DNA of 63,876 bases, filler included, from Dehalococcoidia bacterium (GCA_040882355.1; 3 parts of 3 records of this genome joined end to end with filler, not necessarily neighbours in it); one strand, 5' to 3'. Shown: positions 29,010 to 38,716, counted from the whole stretch's first letter. Numbers and translations are program-made. Notes: generated from the letters alone by a model not told the origin.

Positions 29010-30037
29010 AGCTTCGCCTCCAGATCGATGACGGGTCCGTACTCGGCAGGGAGGTCGAGCGCGGCCGCGAACTCCGCGACGTACGAGAGCGCCGGCGTGT
29101 ACTCCGCCGCGAGCGCCAGCAAGCCCGGGCCGAGCGTGAACGTAGAGGTCGCCTCCCAGGGCAGCACGGCCGTTCGACCGGGCCGGACCTGCGCCTCCCA
29201 CGGCGCGCCCGCGACTCGAGCGAAGCCCGCTTGCGCCTCGACCGGCGCCTGTGCCGCGCGCGCAGCGGACCGGAGCGCCTCGAGAGGTGTGAACGCGCTG
29301 CTGAACGGCAGCGCCAGCGCTTCGAGCAGGGGCGCGACCGTGCGAACGGCCGCGGCGAGCGCTTCGCAAGCAGCGATGATGGTCTGCGAGACGGCGGCGC
29401 CCGCAGGCGGCTTGAGCGCGATGGCGCCGCAGACGTGCCATTCCGGGTTCGAGCCGCCGGTGCAGCTCACCATCTTCGAGCCGGTCGCGCCGGCGCTCGC
29501 CTGAACGACGTCGTATGCGGCGATCGAGACAGAGTCGACACGCTCGGTCATGCCCGATGAGCCAGGTGACCAGACGGCCGCTCCACCGTCGGCGGTGGTG
29601 CAGACGGCGACGAGCAGCGTATCGACGACCGTCGTCGTCACCGAAGGCGCGACCGGCGCGTCGTCCTGGCCCGAGTTGGCGGTCGCGGCCTCGGCGTCGA
29701 TCGGGCTGCCGGACGCGACGCAGCCCTGCACAGCGATGACGAGCGCCTCGCGATACGCGGACGCGCTGAAGCTCCATTCGTAGCTGGACGGCTCCGAGCC
29801 GCCGGCGCGCTTCCAGTACGTGACGTGGCGATAGTCGTAGGTCGGCGGGCCGGTCTGGAGGCTGTCGCGGACCAGCGTCCAGCCGGAAGGCGGGGTGATC
29901 GTCGCCGTCCCGTGCTCGAGGTAGACGAGCGCGATCAGGACGTCGTCCTGCGCCGTGCCCGCCGGCTTGTTCACGGTCACCGACGAGCTGCTGGCGCCGG
30001 AGGAGGTCGCGGCGGCGCGAAACGCGGGCGCGGCCAT
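29006..30037 (-). CDS. Phage minor-tail-like / surface beta-sandwich protein
   Basis: VTVNKPAGT..DDVLIA..TITPPSGWTL..YWKRAGGSEPSSY.W pattern; Ala/Ser/Thr rich. Confidence 0.55.
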   Translation of the reverse strand: MAAPAFRAAATSSGASSSSVTVNKPAGTAQDDVLIALVYLEHGTATITPPSGWTLVRDSLQTGPPTYDYRHVTYWKRAGGSEPSSYEWSFSASAYREALVIAVQGCVASGSPIDAEAATANSGQDDAPVAPSVTTTVVDTLLVAVCTTADGGAAVWSPGSSGMTERVDSVSIAAYDVVQASAGATGSKMVSCTGGSNPEWHVCGAIALKPPAGAAVSQTIIAACEALAAAVRTVAPLLEALALPFSSAFTPLEALRSAARAAQAPVEAQAGFARVAGAPWEAQVRPGRTAVLPWEATSTFTLGPGLLALAAEYTPALSYVAEFAAALDLPAEYGPVIDLEAKL

Positions 30038-30040
30038 GCA

Positions 30041-30775
30041 CTACACCGACGTCCCGGCGATCTCGCTGGTGTAGCTGTCGTGGAAGGCGGGGTCGTTCGC
30101 GGCGAGGCGGAGGCGGAGCCAGACGCCGATCGCCTTCGTCGCGCCCAGGTCCGTGCCGGGCACCGCCTTGTCCGTGTCGTCGAAGGTGAGCCCGCCGGGC
30201 GCCGTCTTCCGGTTCGTCACCGAGCCGGTGTCGTCGACCGCCGTCGCCAGCGCGTGGGTGACCTTGCCCTGAGGGTCGGCGTTCTGTTTCACCAGCGCGC
30301 TCAGCAGCGCCTGCGACGCGTGGGTGTTCTTCCAGAAGAGCTTGCAGTAGAAGTCCTCCTGGGCGCCGGACGAGGCGCACTTGCGAAAGACCATCAGGAA
30401 GCCACGCTCGCCAGGCGGGACCTGGCGGACGGTGGTCGGGCCGGTCGCGCGGCGCACCGTAACCGTTCCGACCGCGTCCGAAGCCAAGTCCGCCTTGAGG
30501 ATGCGCTCGACCGTGCCCAGGGTGCTGAAGCTGATCGGCGTCGTGCCGGTGAGCGCCTTCGTCTCCGAGACGACGGAGCCATCGGCTTTCCGCGCCTCGA
30601 TCGTGAGGTTCTGCGTGTCGGAGGCGCTCGTCGAGACCGCCTCGATGGTGTCGTTCGCGGCCATCTGGGTAAAGTCGATACGGCGCTTGGTGTCGATGGC
30701 GCCGCCTGATGTGGCGCTGTCGGTGTCGGGCATGTTGGCGCTGGCGTAGGCGACGAGGTCGCTCGCTTGGGGCAT
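30041..30775 (-). CDS. Hypothetical phage structural-like protein
   Basis: AGGAGG RBS; Thr/Ala/Ser-rich beta-type sequence ending IGVWLRL; no signal peptide; first of three coupled genes. Confidence 0.55.
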   Translation of the reverse strand: MPQASDLVAYASANMPDTDSATSGGAIDTKRRIDFTQMAANDTIEAVSTSASDTQNLTIEARKADGSVVSETKALTGTTPISFSTLGTVERILKADLASDAVGTVTVRRATGPTTVRQVPPGERGFLMVFRKCASSGAQEDFYCKLFWKNTHASQALLSALVKQNADPQGKVTHALATAVDDTGSVTNRKTAPGGLTFDDTDKAVPGTDLGATKAIGVWLRLRLAANDPAFHDSYTSEIAGTSV

Positions 30776-30888
30776 CGTCCGTCCTCCTGGCGAAGTGTGC
30801 CCTGAGCGTATGCCTGGTCGAGGCGATGTCCAACGCCTCCATAGCAGTCATGCGCCGCAATCGGTCGATGCTGTAGGATGGGTTCGCT

Positions 30889-32199
30889 ATGGAACCCGAT
30901 GTCCAGTACGCGAGGACGAGCGACGGCATGAATATCGCCTACTCGATGGCGGGGAGCGGGCCGCCGCTCGTGTACACACGCACCTGGACGGCCTCGCACG
31001 CGCAGCTCGATTGGCAGCAGGAGTTCCCGGGCAAGCTCTTCGAGGCGCTGGCCGCGAAGCGGACGCTGATCACGTTCGACCGGCGGGGCGCAGGGTTGTC
31101 GGACAGGGACGTGCCGGAGCTGACGCTGGACGCGTTCACGCTCGACCTTGAGGCGGTGGTAGCTGACGCCGGGCTCGATCGTTTCGTGCTGGTCGGTGCG
31201 ATCTTCGGTGTGATGGTGAATACGATTTATGCGTTGCGCCATCCGGAACGGGTCTCCGCTTGGATCAGCATCTCCGGCGTGATGAGCGGGCGCGCGTTCT
31301 GGGAGTCGCCCCGCAACAGGGCGATGCGCGCGATGCGGGAGGCGGACTTCGACACCTACGTGGAGACGATCAACAGCATTAGCGGCAATCCGCGCCTGGG
31401 CGAGGTCTTCCGGGCGTCCATCACGCCGGAGGGCCAGAAGGCGTTCGTCGACGCGAGCGAGGCGTGGGACGTGTCTGACCTGGTGCCGCAACTCAACCTG
31501 CCCCTCCTGGTCATTTATCGGTCCGACTATCCCATGGGGCCCCAGGAAGGTGAGTGGGCGCGCGAGATGGCGACCCTCGTGCGCGGCGCCCGGCTTGTGG
31601 CTGTGCCCTGGGAACCCCGGGAGATGTACGTGGAGCGCACCGCAACCGCGATCGACGCGTTTCTGAGTGACGCGCCACCTAGCGCCGCGCCAGCGGCCGG
31701 CGCCGTGCACACCATCCTCTTCACCGATCTCGCCTCCTCCACCGCGCTCACCCAGCGCCTCGGCGACTCGAAAGCGCAGGAGCTGCTCCGCGCGCACAAC
31801 ACCATCGTCCGCGACGCGCTCGCCCAACACGGTGGCAGCGAGATCAAGCACACCGGCGACGGCATCATGGCATCGTTCTCGACGGCGTCGGGCGCGCTGG
31901 AGTGCGCGATCGCGATCCAACGCGCCGTCGCCGGGCAAGACGACGCAAACCTGCAGGTGCACGTCGGGCTGAACGCGGGCGAGCCCGTCGCCGAAGACGA
32001 GGACCTCTTTGGCACGGCCGTCCAGCTCGCCCGCCGCGTCTGCGACCAGGCCCAGGCGGGCGAGATCCTCGTCTCCAACGTCGTGCGAGAGCTGGCCGCC
32101 GGGAAGGGCTTCCTCTTCGCCGACCGGGGCGCGTCCGCCCTCAAGGGGTTCGAGGACCCGGTGCGGCTCTACGAAGTGCGTTGGCAGAGCGAGGCATGA
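30889..32199 (+). CDS. Alpha/beta-hydrolase-fold + class III adenylate/guanylate cyclase (copy 1)
   Basis: QYARTSDG, FDRRGAGLS, HPERV; cyclase ILFTDLASST, EIKHTGDG, GLNAGE, DLFGTAVQLARR, LKGF. Confidence 0.95.
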   Translation: MEPDVQYARTSDGMNIAYSMAGSGPPLVYTRTWTASHAQLDWQQEFPGKLFEALAAKRTLITFDRRGAGLSDRDVPELTLDAFTLDLEAVVADAGLDRFVLVGAIFGVMVNTIYALRHPERVSAWISISGVMSGRAFWESPRNRAMRAMREADFDTYVETINSISGNPRLGEVFRASITPEGQKAFVDASEAWDVSDLVPQLNLPLLVIYRSDYPMGPQEGEWAREMATLVRGARLVAVPWEPREMYVERTATAIDAFLSDAPPSAAPAAGAVHTILFTDLASSTALTQRLGDSKAQELLRAHNTIVRDALAQHGGSEIKHTGDGIMASFSTASGALECAIAIQRAVAGQDDANLQVHVGLNAGEPVAEDEDLFGTAVQLARRVCDQAQAGEILVSNVVRELAAGKGFLFADRGASALKGFEDPVRLYEVRWQSEA

Positions 32200-33548
32200 A
32201 CGAACCCCGCATCCAGTACGCGAAGACGAGCGATGGCATCGATGTCGCCTTCGCGGCGCAGGGAAGTGGCCCGCCGCTGCTGTTACTCGATGGCTTCATC
32301 TCCGCGGGCCTCGACTTCCGTCTGGTGCACGATGTCCCCTACCGCGACTCTATAGCGATCGCGTCACGCCAGCGGACAGTAGTCTGCTTCGACTGGCGAG
32401 GTTTGGGTTTCTCAAGTCCCGCACAGAGCTTTGGTTTGGAGGCCTTCCTGTCCGACGTAGAGGCCATAGTGCAGGCGCTTGGCGCTGAGAAGGTGGACAT
32501 CTTCGCGAATACAACCCCGGCTCACATAGCCATCGAGTTCGCTGTCCGCAACCCAGCCCGCATGCGGCGGCTGGTGCTGGCGAACCCTAGTTCAGCGGGC
32601 CAGTCGTTCAGGGCGAATCCGAGATTCGCCGCGGTCCAACACCTCGCCGAAACGAATTGGGACCTGTACGTCGAAATCGTTTCGCTGCTGCAGTGGGGGT
32701 GGGTGGACATCGACTTAGCCCGCAAAGTACGTGAGCGGGTCCTATCGCACTGGACCCCTGAGAGCTGGACGAACCTCTGGCAGGCGGTCGAAGCGCTGGA
32801 CGCCTTCGGTTCCGCCCACCTGGTGCAATGTCCGTCGCTCGTGATCCTTTGCGAGATGGAAGGACGGCGCGAGGAGATGTGGTCCCCGGCAGCGCGCCAA
32901 CTCGCGGCTCGGTTGCCGGGCGGGCAGTTGACCACCAACATCTCGTCTAGCTTTCGCTCACCTGAAGTCTTCAGGACGGCGCTTGATTTCATCACGGCAG
33001 AGGACGGCGAGGGCAGAACGGGGCCGGGGCCCAGCACGGATGGGTCGCTGCGTACCATCCTCTTCACCGACCTCGCCTCCTCCACCGCGCTCACGCAGCG
33101 CCTTGGCGACGCGCGGGCGCAGGAGCTGCTGCGCGCGCACAACGCCATCGTCCGCGACGCCCTCAGCGCCCACGGCGGCAGCGAGATCAAGCACACGGGC
33201 GATGGCATCATGGCCTCGTTCCCAACAGCATCGGGCGCCCTCGACTGCGCCGTCGCGATCCAGCGCGCCACCGGGGCGCAGGACGACGAGAACCTGCAGG
33301 TGCACGTCGGGCTGAACGCGGGCGAGCCAGTCGCCGAGGACGAGGACCTCTTCGGCACGGCCGTCCAGCTCGCGCGGCGCGTCTGCGACCAGGCCCAGGC
33401 GGGCGAGATCCTCGTCTCCAACGTCGTGCGAGAGCTGGCCGCCGGGAAGGGCTTCCTCTTCGCCGACCACGGCGCGTCCGCCCTGAAGGGCTTCGAAGAC
33501 CCCGTGCGGCTCTACGAAGTGCGCTGGAGAGACGAGGAACAGCCGTGA
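32196..33548 (+). CDS. Alpha/beta-hydrolase-fold + class III cyclase (copy 2)
   Basis: ATGA overlap with copy 1; MNEPRIQYAKTSDG, FDWRGLGFS; cyclase nearly identical to copy 1. Confidence 0.95.
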   Translation: MNEPRIQYAKTSDGIDVAFAAQGSGPPLLLLDGFISAGLDFRLVHDVPYRDSIAIASRQRTVVCFDWRGLGFSSPAQSFGLEAFLSDVEAIVQALGAEKVDIFANTTPAHIAIEFAVRNPARMRRLVLANPSSAGQSFRANPRFAAVQHLAETNWDLYVEIVSLLQWGWVDIDLARKVRERVLSHWTPESWTNLWQAVEALDAFGSAHLVQCPSLVILCEMEGRREEMWSPAARQLAARLPGGQLTTNISSSFRSPEVFRTALDFITAEDGEGRTGPGPSTDGSLRTILFTDLASSTALTQRLGDARAQELLRAHNAIVRDALSAHGGSEIKHTGDGIMASFPTASGALDCAVAIQRATGAQDDENLQVHVGLNAGEPVAEDEDLFGTAVQLARRVCDQAQAGEILVSNVVRELAAGKGFLFADHGASALKGFEDPVRLYEVRWRDEEQP

Positions 33549-34900
33549 TGGACGCGCCGCGCATCCAGTACGCGAGGACGAGCGACGGTGTGAGCATCGC
33601 CTACTGGACGTTGGGCGAAGGGCCGGCACTCCTGCTCTTTGCGCCCGCTCCCGTGGGACACATCGCCGGCGAGCTGGCGCTGCCGGAGTTGCGCGCCTTT
33701 TACGAGCGGCTCGCCCGGACGCACACGGTGATCAGGTATGACCCGCGCGGCTGCGGAGCGTCGGACCGGGAGGGATTCGTCGAGACGCGCGACAAGTTGA
33801 TGCTTGATGTCGAGGCCGTGCTCGACAGCCTGGAGAGTGGACCAGTGGCGATCGTTGCCGGCATGGTGTGGGTGCCGGTCGGGCTCGCGTGTGCGGCAAG
33901 CCGTCCGGACCAGGTGAGCCACTTGATGCTCTGGGACGGGTTCGCGCGTCCGGCGGACTATCAACCGACCGGCCGCCTTGTGGCGACGCGCGCGCTGATC
34001 GAGCGTGACTGGCGCGCATATACGGACGCCTGGGCGCACACGACGTTTGGATGGTCCCGGGCAGAGTCGGCTCGCCTCTGGTCACGCTGGTTTCGCGACG
34101 CCACGACGCCCGAGCGGACGCTGGCCCGGCTGGAAGGCATCAGCACGTACGACGTTTCGGGCTTGCTGCCTGACATCACCACCCCCGCCCTCATCATCGA
34201 CCACCGTGACCACGAACACGTCGCGCGGAGTGGACCTCAGTTCTTGGCGGCAAGGTTGCCCAACGCGCGCCTGGTCGTTCTGGACGGCCCGCAGCTGCCC
34301 CCCTTCTGGGAACCGGAGCGGTCAGCGAGGCTAATCGACGAGTTCACAGGCGTCGCGGCTCCAGCGGATGCGGACCTACCGCCCAGTGCAAGCGAACGAC
34401 CAGCGGACACCGCCGTCATCCTGTTCGTTGATATCGCGGACTCGACGGCGCTGACCGAGCGCATGGGAGACGCCGCGTTCCGCGCGAAGGCGCGGGAGCT
34501 GGACGAGGCGCTGCGAAGGGCCATCGCCACGAACGGCGGGAATGCCATCGAAGGCAAGCTGCTCGGCGATGGCGTGCTCGCCATCTTCACCTCCGCCCGC
34601 GAGGCGATCGAGTGCGCGCAGGCGTGTCGAGGCGCGGGCGAAGGCGTCGGCCTCACGCTACACCTTGGCCTGCACGCCGGCGACGTGCTCCGAGAGGAGG
34701 GGAACGTCTACGGCGGCGCGGTGAACATCGCGGCGCGTATCGCCGACGCGTCAGCGCCCGGCCAGGTGCTCGTTTCGGATGTGGTGCGGACGCTGGCGCG
34801 GACATCGGCGGGTGTCGCGTTCGAGGACCGCGGCGAGCACGCGCTCAAGGGCATCGCCGAGCCGCAGCGGCTGTGGGCGGTGCGCGAGGGCGAGGCGTGA
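33545..34900 (+). CDS. Alpha/beta-hydrolase-fold + class III cyclase (copy 3)
   Basis: IQYARTSDG, YDPRGCGAS; ILFVDIADST, GKLLGDG, NVYGGAVNIAARI, LKGI. Confidence 0.95.
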   Translation: MMDAPRIQYARTSDGVSIAYWTLGEGPALLLFAPAPVGHIAGELALPELRAFYERLARTHTVIRYDPRGCGASDREGFVETRDKLMLDVEAVLDSLESGPVAIVAGMVWVPVGLACAASRPDQVSHLMLWDGFARPADYQPTGRLVATRALIERDWRAYTDAWAHTTFGWSRAESARLWSRWFRDATTPERTLARLEGISTYDVSGLLPDITTPALIIDHRDHEHVARSGPQFLAARLPNARLVVLDGPQLPPFWEPERSARLIDEFTGVAAPADADLPPSASERPADTAVILFVDIADSTALTERMGDAAFRAKARELDEALRRAIATNGGNAIEGKLLGDGVLAIFTSAREAIECAQACRGAGEGVGLTLHLGLHAGDVLREEGNVYGGAVNIAARIADASAPGQVLVSDVVRTLARTSAGVAFEDRGEHALKGIAEPQRLWAVREGEA

Positions 34901-36231
34901 TGGAGCCGCAGTACCGCTTCTGCACCAGCGCCGACGGCACCCGGATCGCCTACGCAACGTTCGGCAGCGGCCCGCCGCTTTTCTTTGTCAACACGTGGGT
35001 CCTCAGCATCGACGCGCAGTTCCGGTGGCCCGAGGCTCGTGCCTTCTTCGATGCCCTGTCGGCACGAACGACGGTCGTCATGCTCGATAGGCGCGGCTCT
35101 GGCGCGTCGACCCGCGACGTTGCGGATGTCTCGTACGAAGTAGAGACACAGGACGTTCTTGCCGTAGCTGACGCAGCAGGCCTCGAAGCGTTTCCGATGT
35201 TTTGCGATGCTGCCGGCGGTAGCGCGGTGGGCGCTCGCTTCGCCGCAGGATACCCGGAGCGGGTCCAGCGCCTCGTGCTGTGGGCCGTCGAGACCAGCAC
35301 CGGCCGGGGCGATGTGGACCGAGAGGCAGCGCGCAGGGTCCTCGAGGAGTGGTCTTACTGGAGGCGTCGCTGGGCCGGTGTCCTCTTTCCGGACGGTCCG
35401 GTGTCTCTCCAGCGAGCCGCCAACATGGCGTTGAAGGACAGCGTCTCAAGGGAGACGAACGCCCGCCGCTTCGAGTCTAACGCAGACGCCGACTTGCGCC
35501 ACCTAGTCCCCGCTGTGGCGCAGCCGGTGCTCGTGTTGGCGCGCGAATCCGGCATCGGCCATGACTTCCAGATGCAGGTGGCCAGTCTGCTCTCCCAGGG
35601 CGAACTGAGATTCGTTCCCGGGTTCCCACCCACCCCATACCCGGACTTCGCTGAGATCGTCGACGCCACGTTCGAGTTCATCGGAGTCGACGAGAGGCCG
35701 CCGGGGCGAACACAAACCGCCACGCCTCAGGGCTCCGGCACAGCGGTCATCCTCTTCGCTGACGTCGTGGACTCCACAGCGCTGGCCGAGCAGCTCGGCA
35801 ATACCGTGTATCGAGAGCGCACCCGGATGCTCGAGGAGCGCGTGCGCGCCGCGATCAGTAGCAACGGCGGCGCGCCTGTTGAGGGCCGGACGCTTGGCGA
35901 TGGCGTGCTCGGGGTCTTCACATCAGCTTCCGACGCGATCTCGGCAGCGCTACAGTGCGCTCTCGTAGGCGAGGAGCTTGGTCTCGCGCTGCACCTCGGC
36001 CTGCATGCGGGAGACGTGATCCGCGAGGAAGGAAACGTGCACGGTCAGGCGGTCAGCATCGCGTCTCGCGTGAGCGACCTGTCAGCGCCCAATGAGGTCC
36101 TCGTATCGAGCACCGTCCGTGACCTTGCTCGTGCGTCCGCCGGCGTCACGTTCGAAGATCGCGGCGAGCACGAGCTGAAGGGGATCGCCGAGCCGCAGCG
36201 GCTCTGGGCGGTGAAGCAGCTCGATGCGTGA
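34900..36231 (+). CDS. Alpha/beta-hydrolase-fold + class III cyclase (copy 4)
   Basis: TGATG overlap; MEPQYRFCTSADG, LDRRGSGAS; ILFADVVDST, GRTLGDG, NVHGQAVSIASRV. Confidence 0.93.
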   Translation: MEPQYRFCTSADGTRIAYATFGSGPPLFFVNTWVLSIDAQFRWPEARAFFDALSARTTVVMLDRRGSGASTRDVADVSYEVETQDVLAVADAAGLEAFPMFCDAAGGSAVGARFAAGYPERVQRLVLWAVETSTGRGDVDREAARRVLEEWSYWRRRWAGVLFPDGPVSLQRAANMALKDSVSRETNARRFESNADADLRHLVPAVAQPVLVLARESGIGHDFQMQVASLLSQGELRFVPGFPPTPYPDFAEIVDATFEFIGVDERPPGRTQTATPQGSGTAVILFADVVDSTALAEQLGNTVYRERTRMLEERVRAAISSNGGAPVEGRTLGDGVLGVFTSASDAISAALQCALVGEELGLALHLGLHAGDVIREEGNVHGQAVSIASRVSDLSAPNEVLVSSTVRDLARASAGVTFEDRGEHELKGIAEPQRLWAVKQLDA

Positions 36232-36243
36232 TTGGAGGTCTCT

Positions 36244-37155
36244 GTGACAGCCGAGCAGGTCCCATCGAAAGAGGAAGTGCTCTCATACCTGAAGGAACGC
36301 CGCAACTGGGGTCGCTGGGGCGATGACGACCAGCGCGGCGCGATCAACCTGATCACGAACGAGAAACGAGCCGCCGCGGCGAAGCTCGTCCGCAGCGGGC
36401 GATCGGTCTCGATCAGCCGCGACTTTCCAACGGTGCCTGGCCCCGGCAACCCCAACCCGGCCCAGCACTGGCTGCGCTGGGGCGAGGTGAATGGCCGCGG
36501 CGCTGCTATCGACTTCTACGGCATCAGCTACCACGGCTACGTCGCCACGCACGTCGACGCGCTCTGTCACGTCTGGAACGAGGACGGCCTCTGGAACGGT
36601 CGCGACTCCAAACAGATCACGAGCAATGGCGCTCGCTGGGGCGCGATCCACCACTGGCGCGACGGGATCACAACACGCGGCGTGCTGCTCGACGTGCCGA
36701 AGCATCGCGGCGAGCCGTTCGTGACGCAGGAGAAGCCGGTGCACGGCTGGGAGCTGGAGGCGATCGCGAAGGCGGAGGGCGTGACGCTGGAGCCCGGCGA
36801 CGCGGTCTGCGTCTTCAGCGGCCGCGAGGCCTGGCAGCAGGCGAACCCCGAATGGAGCGGCTACGGCTCGACGAGCCCCGGCCTGCACGCGTCCTGCCTG
36901 CCTTTCCTGCGCGACAACGACGTGGCGGTGCTCTCGTGGGACCTGATGGACGCCCGTCCGAACGAGTACGGCATTCCGTGGACGGTGCACGGAGCGATCT
37001 TCGCCTACGGCATCGCCCTCGTCGACAACTCGCTGCTGCAGCCGCTCGCTGAGGCCTGCGCTGAGGAAGGCCGCTACGAGTTCATGCTCACGTTCGCGCC
37101 GCTGCCCGTCGTGGGGGGGACCGGCTCGCCGGTGAACCCGATCGCGCTCTTCTGA
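36244..37155 (+). CDS. Kynurenine-formamidase-like metal-dependent hydrolase ('cyclase family')
   Basis: NWGRWG.DD..GAIN, HGYVATHVDALCH, RGVLLDV, GGTGSPVNPIA; GGAGG before GTG 36244. Confidence 0.9.
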   Translation: MTAEQVPSKEEVLSYLKERRNWGRWGDDDQRGAINLITNEKRAAAAKLVRSGRSVSISRDFPTVPGPGNPNPAQHWLRWGEVNGRGAAIDFYGISYHGYVATHVDALCHVWNEDGLWNGRDSKQITSNGARWGAIHHWRDGITTRGVLLDVPKHRGEPFVTQEKPVHGWELEAIAKAEGVTLEPGDAVCVFSGREAWQQANPEWSGYGSTSPGLHASCLPFLRDNDVAVLSWDLMDARPNEYGIPWTVHGAIFAYGIALVDNSLLQPLAEACAEEGRYEFMLTFAPLPVVGGTGSPVNPIALF

Positions 37156-37157
37156 CC

Positions 37158-37898
37158 ATGGCCAACCGCCTCGCGCACATCCGTCGCCTCTACGGCCGCC
37201 AGGAGTACCTGACGCCCGGCGCCGCCGAGACCGTCCAGCGCATCATCGACGTCACGCAGCCCGGTCCAGGCACAGCCTTGCTCGACGTGGCCTGCGGCAA
37301 GCTGGAGGCGGCGTGCATGATCGCCCAGGCAGGATGTCGCGTGGTGGGAGTCGACCTCTACCCGCTGTTCTTCCAAGGCATGCCGGCGAAGGTCGAGGCG
37401 CGAGGCGCGCAGGGCCTCGTTGCGATCGTTCAGGCCGACGGCAAGCGGCTTCCGGTGCGCAGCGGCGCGTTTGACGCCGCATACTGCATCGGAGCGCCGT
37501 CTATCGTCGGGCTGGAAGCGTGCCTGCGTGAGCTGGCGCGCGCGACGCGCCCCGGCGGCGCTGTCGTCGTATCCGACGTCGTCTGGCGGACGAAGCCGGG
37601 CGCGCTCGGGCCGGAGTGGCGCTGGCTGGCAAGCATGGCGCAGCTATCGAAGGACGAGTACGCCTCGGCGATCGCGAACGCCGGCCTCACCGGCTGCGAG
37701 GCGACGGTGTTCCCGCCCGAGGCATGGGAGGCCTACCATGCCCCGATGCTCCAGGTGGCAAGCGAGGCGCGGGCAACGGGCCGAGCCGATGACGTCGCGT
37801 TCGCCGGCCAGGTCGAGAGCGACACCTCGATGGAGCGCAGGGCGGTCGATGCGTTCATCGACTACGCGATGTTCGTCGCGCGGAAGCACGCGTCATGA
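37158..37898 (+). CDS. Class I SAM-dependent methyltransferase
   Basis: LLDVACGK, VVGVD, ADGKRLP, RPGG. Confidence 0.85.
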   Translation: MANRLAHIRRLYGRQEYLTPGAAETVQRIIDVTQPGPGTALLDVACGKLEAACMIAQAGCRVVGVDLYPLFFQGMPAKVEARGAQGLVAIVQADGKRLPVRSGAFDAAYCIGAPSIVGLEACLRELARATRPGGAVVVSDVVWRTKPGALGPEWRWLASMAQLSKDEYASAIANAGLTGCEATVFPPEAWEAYHAPMLQVASEARATGRADDVAFAGQVESDTSMERRAVDAFIDYAMFVARKHAS

Positions 37899-38677
37899 GC
37901 AGCGTCAGCTTCGACCGCGCCGCCGACATCTACGACGCCACGCGGGCGCTGCCGCCGGAGGTGGACCGCGCCCTCACCGACGCGTTGATGAAGGAGCTGA
38001 CGGCGGTGGGCGCGGAGCGCGTCCTCGAGGTGGGCGTCGGCACCGGGCGAATCGCGCGGCCGCTGGCGGAGCGCGGGGTGCGCGTCTGTGGCGTCGACAT
38101 CGCGTCGCGCATGCTGGCGCGTCTGCGCGAGCAGCTCGGCCCGCGGCACGTCGCGCCGGACCTGCTGCTCGGCGACGCGACTCGCCTGCCGCTCGCCGAT
38201 GGCTCGTTTCCCGCCGCGATCATCGTCCACGTACTGCACCTGGTCTCATCGCCAAACGCCGCGCTCGGCGAGCTGCGACGGGTCCTCTCGCCCGGCGGCG
38301 TGTTCCTGCACCCGATCACCGACTACCCTGGCGAAAACCCCTGGGCCGCCAGCCGCCAGAAGAGCGCCGAGCTGCTTCGCGGGCTGGGCGTCGTCACGCG
38401 CAAGCGGCCCGACCGTGAAGAGATCCATGCGATGCTGCGCGGCCTCGGCGCGTCGCTGCGCACAGAGACAGTCGCCGAGGTCCAGGAGGAGAAGACGCCC
38501 GTCTTCTGGCTGGATAGCACTCGCGACCGGATCGACTCGTGGTCGTGGGAGATACCCGAGGATGTCTTTCCCGAGTTCTTCGCGCGTTACGAGCAGTGGA
38601 ACCGGGAGCACTTCGGCGATCTGGACCGCGTGTTCGTGCAAAAGGCCGTACACCAGATTGAGGTGTGGCAGTTCTAG
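37895..38677 (+). CDS. Class I SAM-dependent methyltransferase
   Basis: SFDRAA..YDATR, VLEVGVGTGRI, GDAT.LP, HVLHL, RVL.PGG. Confidence 0.9.
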   Translation: MSSVSFDRAADIYDATRALPPEVDRALTDALMKELTAVGAERVLEVGVGTGRIARPLAERGVRVCGVDIASRMLARLREQLGPRHVAPDLLLGDATRLPLADGSFPAAIIVHVLHLVSSPNAALGELRRVLSPGGVFLHPITDYPGENPWAASRQKSAELLRGLGVVTRKRPDREEIHAMLRGLGASLRTETVAEVQEEKTPVFWLDSTRDRIDSWSWEIPEDVFPEFFARYEQWNREHFGDLDRVFVQKAVHQIEVWQF

Positions 38678-38716
38678 TGACTCCCCCTGAATAGGAGGGC
38701 CCTACGATAAGCTAAG

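Noticed and set aside
28653..30929. 758 aa minus-strand ORF in the track
   Set aside because: Mostly Arg/Gly-rich off-frame read-through over two real genes; only the last 118 aa from ATG 29009 look genuine
31902..34899. Long N-terminal extensions of cyclase copies 2 and 4 (track starts 31902, 34612)
   Set aside because: They overlap upstream genes; homologous starts at 32196 and 34900 overlap the preceding stops
30889..36231. Diversity-generating retroelement or Pycsar-type defence explanation for the cyclase array
   Set aside because: No reverse transcriptase or adenine-specific template/variable repeat pair, and no adjacent cNMP-binding TIR/TM effector in the window
36244..37155. Additional nucleotide cyclase in the array
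   Set aside because: Motifs are those of the kynurenine-formamidase-like 'cyclase' hydrolase family, unrelated to class III cyclases
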